From Polynucleobacter sp. SHI8 (GTDB taxonomy: Bacteria; Pseudomonadota; Gammaproteobacteria; Burkholderiales; Burkholderiaceae): 32,000 nucleotides of DNA. How positions within the stretch are numbered: the stretch's first letter is position 1; each line of letters starts with the position of its first letter. The stretch lies in the NCBI RefSeq assembly GCF_027944005.1, contig NZ_AP027204.1, positions 2,425,249 through 2,457,248 on the forward strand, read 5' to 3'. The position numbers and the translations under genes were made by a program. The notes beneath the pieces are model-generated. The model saw only the letters and a program-made list of their open reading frames with translations. It was not told the origin of the DNA and did no database searches. Positions 16,305 to 22,744 of this stretch are shown here, piece by piece.

Positions 16305-16517
16305 TTACTTAGAACAACTGCCAGTGCCACAGCCAGCGCCACAAGAATTGATTCCCAAGATTGGATACAGTGGGCAGAACTTAAATAAGCCGGTTGCCAA
16401 AGGAACAATGCCAATCCAGCCCCATACGCCAACCACATTGCTTGCGGCTAAACCAACTAAGATCAGTCCAACAGAGATGCGTAGTACGCGATCGATACGG
16501 CCAACATTACATTTCAT
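16305..16517 (-). CDS. DUF2892/YgaP-C-like small membrane protein with a Cys-rich tail
   Basis: MKCNVGRIDRVLRISVG...GLFKFCPLYPILGINSC matches the DUF2892 pattern (D.R...G...CP.Y..LG). It has an extra C-terminal GAGCGTGSCSK. Confidence 0.65.
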   Translation of the reverse strand: MKCNVGRIDRVLRISVGLILVGLAASNVVGVWGWIGIVPLATGLFKFCPLYPILGINSCGAGCGTGSCSK

Positions 16518-16582
16518 ATAACCCCCACATAGATAAGATTTGTTGATACTGATTGAGTCTATGCCTATCTGGGGGGAGGCTT

Positions 16583-16596
16583 TTGATCTAGATCAT
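16583..16596. promoter_or_regulatory. FNR/CRP-type box TTGAT-N4-ATCAt
   Basis: TTGATCTAGATCAT has a 12-bp perfect palindromic core, TGATCTAGATCA. It is centred about 72 nt upstream of the DUF2892 start and just downstream of the Crp/Fnr gene. Confidence 0.55.
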
Positions 16597-16613
16597 TAAA
16601 TGCGATAAAAAGA

Positions 16614-17330
16614 CTAAATTCCCTTTTCAGAGAAGTTACGCAATGTGTCGATATTGGGAATTTGTACAGAAAGACGGGTAATGTTGCTAATTAAGCCTTG
16701 ATCAGCCATGGATGCCAAAGCCCTGCTAATCGTCTCAAATTTGACATCCATCATCAAGCCCATGTCTTCGCGCTTAAACAGCGGCGCAATGGCAAAGGAT
16801 CCCGATTGTTTAGCTAACTTTAAAAGGAAGCGGGCAAGACGCACCTCTATTCTTCCGGTATTAATCTCCGAGAACCATGATTCTGATTGGGATAATGCTT
16901 CGCCCCATTTCTTAACAATTTGACGATGAAGTCTTGGAGACTCCTCGCCTAAAGAAGAAATAATTGATTTAGGGATTTTGCATAAATGAACATTTGTAAG
17001 GGCAACTGCAGAATGCTCATAACGCTCGCCCAATAAAGCCTCCATGCCAAATAGATTTCCTGGCATTACTATTCTAATAATTCTGCTAGAGCCATCTGGG
17101 TTGACATGCAGTAACTTGATATAACCCTCTCGAAGGGTATATAGATCTTGTGCAGTATCTCCTTGGGCATAAATGCTGGAGTAAGCTTCAAAGCTCAAAT
17201 CATCTATCGGACTATGAATCTTTGCAAAGTCTTCTTCATTAAGTTCAGCAAATAATGCAGAACTCTTAATAGAGCATGCCTCACAATTACTATTGCCATT
17301 CCATGCACTTTTGATTTCTATGGTCTTCAT
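16614..17330 (-). CDS. Crp/Fnr-family transcription regulator
   Basis: 238 aa. It has a cNMP-binding-like beta-roll (YTLREGYIKLL...IIRIVMPGNLFG) and a C-terminal HTH (DMGLMMDVKFETISRALASM). The N-terminal CEAC plus a later Cys hints at an FNR-like cluster, which is unproven. Confidence 0.75.
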   Translation of the reverse strand: MKTIEIKSAWNGNSNCEACSIKSSALFAELNEEDFAKIHSPIDDLSFEAYSSIYAQGDTAQDLYTLREGYIKLLHVNPDGSSRIIRIVMPGNLFGMEALLGERYEHSAVALTNVHLCKIPKSIISSLGEESPRLHRQIVKKWGEALSQSESWFSEINTGRIEVRLARFLLKLAKQSGSFAIAPLFKREDMGLMMDVKFETISRALASMADQGLISNITRLSVQIPNIDTLRNFSEKGI

Positions 17331-17385
17331 TGGCTTTATTAAGTGGGCATTTAGACTCGAATATTAAGAGCCTATTTTACAGTTT

Positions 17386-17448
17386 TGTCGTTTAAAACGA
17401 CATCGACTGACACAAGGATGATTAATTGCTTTGTCCTTTTAAAGGACA
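17386..17448. repeat. Pair of REP-like palindromes; duplicate of the 14148..14211 unit
   Basis: TGTCGTTTAAAACGACA at 17386..17402 and TGTCCTTTTAAAGGACA at 17432..17448. The spacer GACTGACACAAGGATGATTAATTG is nearly identical to the spacer of the other unit. Confidence 0.7.
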
Positions 17449-17493
17449 GTTCATGATGGGGGGATGTGATTGGTAAGGGTGTAAACTATGTGG

Positions 17494-17528
17494 TCGGTAC
17501 CGGATGTAAACCATGTGTCCGGTACGGA
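17494..17528. repeat. Conserved hairpin block just 3' of tRNA-Phe fragment copy 3
   Basis: Identical 35-mer to 14477..14511. Confidence 0.6.
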
Positions 17529-17537
17529 ACAAGAATT

Positions 17538-17584
17538 CTTGGTGGCCCGGGGCGGAATCGAACCACCGACACAAGGATTTTCAA
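17538..17584 (-). repeat. tRNA-Phe(GAA) 3' half, copy 3; att-type repeat, not an intact tRNA
   Basis: 47/47 identical to 9578..9624. The sequence where the 5' half should be (GGAGAG...) cannot pair with the TCCTT anticodon stem. No GGCCCGG acceptor strand is present. Confidence 0.7.
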
Positions 17585-17804
17585 CTCTCCGATAGACCGT
17601 ACTTTCGCTTTCTGCCCTACAAGGTTAACCCCACCCGAGTCTAACTTTGTGCACAAAACTTTTATGGGGTGATCTAAGAGACTGAATTGGTTAAGTTATT
17701 TTGACCCACGCAAGGATAGCGAGAGGGTTTAGTGGCGTGACGGGGATTCGACTGGCACGAGGATGACGACTCCTTGCGTTAATCGGGGTACCCCACGCAT
17801 GAAG

Positions 17805-17821
17805 TGTCCTTTAAAAGGACA
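17805..17821. repeat. REP-like palindrome
   Basis: TGTCCTTTAAAAGGACA, 4 nt downstream of the stop of the 121-aa gene. Confidence 0.7.
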
Positions 17822-17824
17822 GCT

Positions 17825-18190
17825 TTACTTACATGGATACTCTTTTCTAAGAGCATCTGCTACGACAATTCCAACAGGAAACTTATCGAGATTTGCTGAT
17901 GAATTCTTTAGAAACTTTTCAAAAACTGAGTTAGTTATCTCACCAGTCAAGCGTAAATTATTAGGCGGACACAAAAGAGGTTTGTTCCCCAATGTTTGAG
18001 TACCAAAAACGGATGCAAAAAATACACCTTGCCCTATTCCGCCAACATAAGTGGTGACGTATTCTCTAGATACTTCACTCTTATTTTTCAACTCTAAGTA
18101 TCGACCAACCGTAAGCCCCTCGTCAGCAATCGCTGAATTTGAAAATAGTGCCCACAGTATGGAGACTGAATAAAAGAATTTCATTCTCAT
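17825..18190 (-). CDS. Secreted small protein, possibly a Rap1a/Tai4-like periplasmic immunity fold (tentative)
   Basis: The signal peptide is MKFFYSVSILWALFSNSAIA. The pattern LLCPPNNLRLTGEITNSVFEKFLKN...PVGIVVADALRKEYPC resembles the C..P...t..q....yl...P......a..AL...YPC pattern I associate with Rap1a-type proteins. Confidence 0.5.
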   Translation of the reverse strand: MRMKFFYSVSILWALFSNSAIADEGLTVGRYLELKNKSEVSREYVTTYVGGIGQGVFFASVFGTQTLGNKPLLCPPNNLRLTGEITNSVFEKFLKNSSANLDKFPVGIVVADALRKEYPCK

Positions 18191-18199
18191 TTAAAAGGG

Positions 18200-18997
18200 C
18201 TAAATCTTTGCTTTTTTTCTAAGTTCATCATCTTTTCTTCTTGCCTCATCTTCTTGATTTTTAATATTATCAACCTTCGCGCCCAAAAGCTCTTTGGCCC
18301 GCTCTAAGGTCGCAACTTTATCTTTTGAGGCCGAGCATGATACAAGTGCAATAAAAGTACTGAGCGCGTAATATGGCTTTCCATCTGGGTAGTCAAAAAA
18401 CATAATGTCTAAATTATGTCTGTTTATGCTTAGCTTATAAACCGAGCGACCATTGAACGTGTAGCTTGTAATAGGCTCAAAATCATAATACTCACCATCT
18501 TCCTTAATTTTTTTTAGTTCGATTGCTTTAGTTTCGGATGGATTTTTACCGCCATCGGTAATTAAAGAAGCTCGATCATTTACTGAAATAACAATATATT
18601 TTTCTCCAGCAAATTTACAGTTCAAAGCAAAATCAATTGATGAGGCACGATACTCCCTAGGGTTATCAATATTTTTTAAATTGGCCTGTCGTTTTTCTTC
18701 ATAAGATTCCCATCCCGCATTTTTTGCCTCTGCCTCTAACTTGTTTTGCGCCTCATCATATTCTTGTTTTGTTTTATAGCCCTGATCTTGATACAGCTTC
18801 ATTTCCTGTGCACTACTAAATCCAGAAATATTTACTTCATAAGCTTCTTTCGTCTGGAATCCTTTAGCTTGTATTTCTTTCATCTCAGGAACATTGGCGA
18901 AGCCTAACTTTTCAGCATCCTGTTGACTCGGTCCACAAGCAGTCAAAAGTATTGCGGCTGTTAAGCTGACGAAGAGAATTTGAATGGTTTTGAACAC
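18200..18997 (-). CDS. Lipoprotein of unknown function
   Basis: The lipobox is LLTAC. There is an internal duplicated motif, EMKEIQAKGFQTKEAYE / EMKLYQDQGYKTKQEYDE. The C-terminal tail is Lys/Glu-rich. The GTG start is preceded by GGAGAC. Confidence 0.65.
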   Translation of the reverse strand: MFKTIQILFVSLTAAILLTACGPSQQDAEKLGFANVPEMKEIQAKGFQTKEAYEVNISGFSSAQEMKLYQDQGYKTKQEYDEAQNKLEAEAKNAGWESYEEKRQANLKNIDNPREYRASSIDFALNCKFAGEKYIVISVNDRASLITDGGKNPSETKAIELKKIKEDGEYYDFEPITSYTFNGRSVYKLSINRHNLDIMFFDYPDGKPYYALSTFIALVSCSASKDKVATLERAKELLGAKVDNIKNQEDEARRKDDELRKKAKI

Positions 18998-19238
18998 GCT
19001 GGTCTCCGATTTAGGAATTCATAATAAATTCTATATTAATCTGAATGTATCAAAGCTATACCCCTCATTGCCGTGAATACAAAAATCAATTAAACCCAAA
19101 AGATTGCTAGAAAACGCCTGAATTCATGCCAAATCGCCTGATTTTCAAAATAAGAATTATTACGAATACGAGGTGGGGTTAGATTTAATCGCCAGGGGCC
19201 GAGATCTCCACTGGCCTTGAAAATTGCGCGGTAAATTT

Positions 19239-19409
19239 TTAGGGCTTACTACTGATCGGCTTGATAGCCTGTTGATGATGCTGGCGATCCTTTTCCAGCT
19301 TTAATCGTTGTTTAGCGGAATCCACATTTCGCTTGAGAGAAGCTACTCTTGCCTGCGCAGGCGAAAGGGGCTTAATTGGTTTGATGGTTTTGATTTCATA
19401 AAATCGCAT
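19239..19409 (-). CDS. Possible small ORF (56 aa), hypothetical
   Basis: Not in the ORF track because it is under 60 aa. My translation is MRFYEIKTIKPIKPLSPAQARVASLKRNVDSAKQRLKLEKDRQHHQQAIKPISSKP*. I saw no clear Shine-Dalgarno sequence. Confidence 0.25.
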   Translation of the reverse strand: MRFYEIKTIKPIKPLSPAQARVASLKRNVDSAKQRLKLEKDRQHHQQAIKPISSKP

Positions 19410-19419
19410 ATCAATATTT

Positions 19420-19665
19420 ATTTAGGCGCCCCTCGGGTCTCTTAAATCATGTCGCATTCGGCTCTTTGCCAGCTGGCTCGCCTCTGCGATGGGGGCTTCA
19501 GCCCACCCATCTTTTCCAAAACGTGCACCACGTGGTGCTGGAAAATGATGGTCGTCTCTGTCCTAAAGCGCACCAGCTGGTGCAGGACATTCGTCTTAGG
19601 CTTTGCTGGGTCGTTGGGATCAGCTAATCCCAACTATGGGGCTACCTTGCGGTGCGCCCCATATA
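19420..19665. other. GC-rich cluster of consecutive palindromes/hairpins; candidate structured ncRNA or protein-binding/recombination region
   Basis: Perfect palindromes are GCCAGCTGGC (19468..19477), GCACCACGTGGTGC (19525..19538) and GCACCAGCTGGTGC (19570..19583). There are also GGGCTTCAGCCC, TTGGGATCAGCTAATCCCAA and GGGGCTACCTTGCGGTGCGCCCC hairpins. The ORFs predicted here overlap on both strands. Confidence 0.45.
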
Positions 19666-19669
19666 TAAA

Positions 19670-19686
19670 TGTCCATTAAAAGGACA
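19670..19686. repeat. REP-like palindrome (one mismatch)
   Basis: TGTCCATTAAAAGGACA, 6 nt downstream of the stop of the 145-aa gene. Confidence 0.6.
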
Positions 19687-19691
19687 AAGCA

Positions 19692-20129
19692 TCAACGGCC
19701 AAAGCCTGCACGTACAGCGCCACTGGCCGCTTCAATCTGGGCATCTAACTCCCCAGCTTCTACGGCGACCTTAATAATCTCCAGCGCTTTAATTAGCTCA
19801 TCTGCAGAATTTACTTCCACAGCAGTCTTGCCTTTAGCAAATTCAATGATCTTTGCGCCATAGCGGATGTTTAGGCAAACCTTGCCATCCATAGCTACGA
19901 ACCACCACTGACGAATACGCTTTTCATGTTCAATGGTTTTACGTGCACCAGTAATGTCTTTAACTGTTTTGAATTTTTTAACAGTAAATGTGCCGCCTTC
20001 TTTGCTGGCTTTAGCTAACTGGATCTGCTCCCAGACTTTGTTAGCTAATTTATTACGACGATGCAGTACTGGCGGAATTGCTGTTGGCTTTTTTGAATTA
20101 ACCATTTTTAAACTGTTTAATGTGCTCAT
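19692..20129 (-). CDS. Hypothetical protein (145 aa)
   Basis: Clean ORF with a good Shine-Dalgarno sequence (AGGAGAA) 5-6 nt upstream of the ATG. The block KRIRQWWFVAMDGKVCLNIRYGAKIIEFAKGKTAVEV...AVEAGELDAQIE looks conserved. I cannot name the family with confidence. Confidence 0.6.
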   Translation of the reverse strand: MSTLNSLKMVNSKKPTAIPPVLHRRNKLANKVWEQIQLAKASKEGGTFTVKKFKTVKDITGARKTIEHEKRIRQWWFVAMDGKVCLNIRYGAKIIEFAKGKTAVEVNSADELIKALEIIKVAVEAGELDAQIEAASGAVRAGFGR

Positions 20130-20160
20130 CTTTTTCTCCTATAAGTTAATGGGCACACTT

Positions 20161-20200
20161 AATTTATTGTCAGAGTTTTTAGATGGACAACCTCTTTTTG
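20161..20200 (-). promoter_or_regulatory. Predicted promoter of the 145-aa gene; paralogous to the integrase promoter at 26433..26472
   Basis: On the minus strand, -35 is TTGTCC (20190..20185), the spacer is 18 nt and -10 is TAAATT (20166..20161). 30 of 37 aligned positions match 26436..26472. Both blocks lie the same 35 nt from their start codon. Confidence 0.5.
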
Positions 20201-20612
20201 CCAAAAGCCACAAAGATCTAATGATTTGAGCCAGATCTGCTCTCCTTTTATTAGGTTTCACTAAATAGTTATGACGACAAAGCAGAAGAACGCTTTGTAT
20301 GCCATCACTTATTACTACTGAAATGAGTTGCGACACTCGGTCAATATGTCGCCCAATATCAACTGGACATCGGTGTCGCAGGGACGGAAATTCTGAAGCA
20401 GTAGCAGAGACTTGTATTCACTATCCTTTACAGGACGCCATTAGCCTTGCTGACTAATATGAATCAAGTATATGAATTAGCACAAAGATCGTAGAACATA
20501 GTTTTACGGATCACGAGAAAGCCCTGCTTACACAGCAACTTTCAAACAAGACAAAGGTAGCCACTTATTGCTTTTGTCATTGTTGCGTTTCAAGCCGCAC
20601 GTAAAAGGAGAC

Positions 20613-20795
20613 AGCGAAACCGCCCTTACCAATTTGGTTGTGCCTATAGTGGTGTAGTAAAGAACTCAGCGAAAGTCCTTTTCTATTACTGAGCCTGTTG
20701 CTTAAGGCTCAGTGTAGGTTGAATCTAGCGAAAGTTCATCAAACAACATCAAATCAAAATCAGAAAAGAAGAAATGTGATGAGCGACAAGCGAAA
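20613..20795 (+). repeat. Four dispersed AGCGAAA motifs with 55-62 nt spacing inside a 480-bp ORF-free tract
   Basis: ACAGCGAAAC (motif at 20613), TCAGCGAAAG (20668), CTAGCGAAAG (20727), CAAGCGAAAT (20789). AAAGCGAAAG also occurs on the minus strand in the arms next to tRNA-Phe copies 1 and 3. Confidence 0.45.
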
Positions 20796-20816
20796 TCACA
20801 GGAGAACGTAGTTCGC

Positions 20817-21455
20817 CTATCTATCTACTTCAATAAATTCAATATTTCTTCCTGATGTTGAATTAAATTCTTCAATACAAGTTTCTCTTAAATCCTCAAT
20901 TCGCTCATCCATTTCTTGGAACGACATGATGTCATCCCTGCTTAAATCAGTTTCTTCTTCTAATACATCATCAATATCATCGATATCACATGACCAGCTA
21001 TAGCTTAATTCTTCTTCCTCTTTGTGCTCAATGAATCCAAGTAATTCGTCAAAACAGACAATTCTTGTACCAATTAAATAGGGGTTATTGTCCTTATAAT
21101 CCATCTGAACTACAACATCGGGATCTATGATTGAAGCGTACTTAGCAATATGATCTTGTAACTTTTCAGGGGCGATATTTTTACTTTCAAACTCAAGCTT
21201 ATGGGTTGAACCAAAATACCAGCAACCATGAGCTCCAAGTAATTCACCACCATCAAATTCATCGCATTTACTCATGCCATAAAGTATTCTTGTGACAGCA
21301 GAATATCTCTCCGCATTTTTATCAAACGAGTATGTTCCAGAACTATCTGTATTTTTATCGAAATCATTCTTAAATCTTCGGATAATTTCTTTTTCTAATT
21401 CACGAATTTTTTCATTGCCATAAAAAGTAAACGTGCTTTCTACAGGTGTAGACAT
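20817..21455 (-). CDS. Hypothetical protein with an extremely acidic C-terminal third
   Basis: 212 aa. The C-terminus is SCDIDDIDDVLEEETDLSRDDIMSFQEMDERIEDLRETCIEEF. I recognised no catalytic motif. Confidence 0.6.
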   Translation of the reverse strand: MSTPVESTFTFYGNEKIRELEKEIIRRFKNDFDKNTDSSGTYSFDKNAERYSAVTRILYGMSKCDEFDGGELLGAHGCWYFGSTHKLEFESKNIAPEKLQDHIAKYASIIDPDVVVQMDYKDNNPYLIGTRIVCFDELLGFIEHKEEEELSYSWSCDIDDIDDVLEEETDLSRDDIMSFQEMDERIEDLRETCIEEFNSTSGRNIEFIEVDR

Positions 21456-21774
21456 TTTTCACCTCAAATTAAATTTGTTTAAGTAACTATAGCTAATTTT
21501 TATAACAACAGAATAGTTTTAAGCAGAAATCTTTCAAGCTCGCTGGCTTGGGTAGCTGAGCCAAAATTTAAAACGCTTGAAGGTTATTTTAAAAGGTCAT
21601 CAAAATATCGTGGCTAAAATGCCACGATAAATATAAGAGAAGTAGAGAACTCTTATATTTTTGCGTAACCCATTGATAAAAAAGCGATTCTTTTTACACC
21701 ATTTTCGGTTGCCCAAACCGAATCTAAGAAAACATACTGTAACTCTTTATTTAATACATTTTAGGGAGAAACAG

Positions 21775-22341
21775 ATGTCACAAGCTAGAGTTTTAAATCC
21801 ACAAGAACTTCGCAGAGTTTTAGATCACGTTGCTACACGCAGGCACTCAGCACGTAATCGCGCTATGTTGCTACTTACGCACTACGCGGGTATGCGAGTA
21901 GCTGAAGTAGCCGCGCTACGCATAAACGACGTTTTAAACAGCGACAGCACGATTAAGGGTGAAGTACGCTTGATGCCCGATCAAACCAAGGGCAAACACG
22001 CCCGTACTGTTTACTTAAATGAACGCATGCAAAAGGAGCTGGCGCAGTACATCAAAGTACTCAAAATTAAAGATCCAACAAAACCCTTGTTTTACACACA
22101 GAAGCAAGCAGGGTTTTCAGCCAACTCACTTACCCAGTACTTCTTTTATCTTTATCGTGCAGTTGGATTGGAAGGTGCCAGTAGCCATAGCGGTAGACGC
22201 ACATTCTTAACTGGGCTTGCCAATAAAGGCACAGCAATTCATATATTGAAGTCTCTTGCAGGACATAGAAACATCAGTACTACTGCAACTTATCTCTATA
22301 GCAGTCCAGATCAGCTTAAGGCCGCTGTTGAATTGATCTAA
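21775..22341 (+). CDS. Small tyrosine recombinase (catalytic domain only, about 189 aa)
   Basis: The ATG at 21775 is preceded by AGGGAGA. Catalytic residues are GMRVAEV (Arg), TKGKHARTV (Lys), HSGRRT (HxxR), GHRNISTTATYLY (His...Tyr). There is no N-terminal core-binding domain. The ORF-track TTG start at 21661 is unlikely. Confidence 0.75.
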   Translation: MSQARVLNPQELRRVLDHVATRRHSARNRAMLLLTHYAGMRVAEVAALRINDVLNSDSTIKGEVRLMPDQTKGKHARTVYLNERMQKELAQYIKVLKIKDPTKPLFYTQKQAGFSANSLTQYFFYLYRAVGLEGASSHSGRRTFLTGLANKGTAIHILKSLAGHRNISTTATYLYSSPDQLKAAVELI

Positions 22342-22680
22342 TTACTTGGAGAAGTCAGTAAACACTTCTCCAGTGTATTTGTCGTGCACTCTTGTTTTCT
22401 TAAGGTTGACTGTAAAAGCCAAACCTCTTGTTGCAAGCCTGTGACCAAACCACTTACAAAGCACTTCAACTCGCGTGGATCTGTTCTTGCCATCAAGAAT
22501 GAGCACTTGATCACCCAGCAGGAAGGTGCCACTTAATATTGACCCTCTGTACTTGGCATCAGTAATCTCTATTACACGAGCATTTTTTACCTTTACAGGC
22601 TTTATTGGTTTAGCTAACTTTGTTGTATGAGGAATGTCACTTTGCTCATCCCACACTGGTGCTTTGTAATAGAAATCCAT
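22342..22680 (-). CDS. Hypothetical protein (112 aa)
   Basis: Its ORF end directly abuts the recombinase ORF end (22341/22342, convergent). I recognised no motif. Confidence 0.45.
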   Translation of the reverse strand: MDFYYKAPVWDEQSDIPHTTKLAKPIKPVKVKNARVIEITDAKYRGSILSGTFLLGDQVLILDGKNRSTRVEVLCKWFGHRLATRGLAFTVNLKKTRVHDKYTGEVFTDFSK

Positions 22681-22725
22681 ATAACCCTCATATTTGCTTA
22701 TAAGTTGTTATTAGGATATCAAATT

Positions 22726-22742
22726 TGTCCTTTGAAAGGACA
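22726..22742. repeat. REP-like palindrome
   Basis: TGTCCTTTGAAAGGACA, between the 242-aa and 112-aa genes. Confidence 0.65.
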
Positions 22743-22744
22743 TT

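Noticed and set aside
16256-16521. ORFs 16256..16438 (minus strand) and 16294..16521 (plus strand)
   Set aside because: They overlap the DUF2892 gene, which has a recognisable family pattern and a proper operon context.
17466-17672. A 68-aa ORF across tRNA-Phe fragment 3
   Set aside because: Same reason as for 14359..14601: it is an artefact of repeat DNA.
17730-17760. A tmRNA-like 5' motif, GGGGATTCGAC, on the plus strand
   Set aside because: It is on the opposite strand from the T-arm/CCA fragment. It lacks a GGGG acceptor start at the right distance and has no matching 3' end.
19442-19863. ORFs 19442..19633 (minus strand), 19449..19679 (plus strand) and 19669..19863 (plus strand)
   Set aside because: The first two mutually overlap across the palindrome cluster. 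The third is antisense to the well-formed 145-aa gene. None has translation signals.
20613-20795. A CRISPR-like or tandem-repeat array
   Set aside because: Only a 7-8 nt core (AGCGAAA) recurs. Spacing is irregular (55-62 nt) and there are no 25-40 nt conserved repeats.
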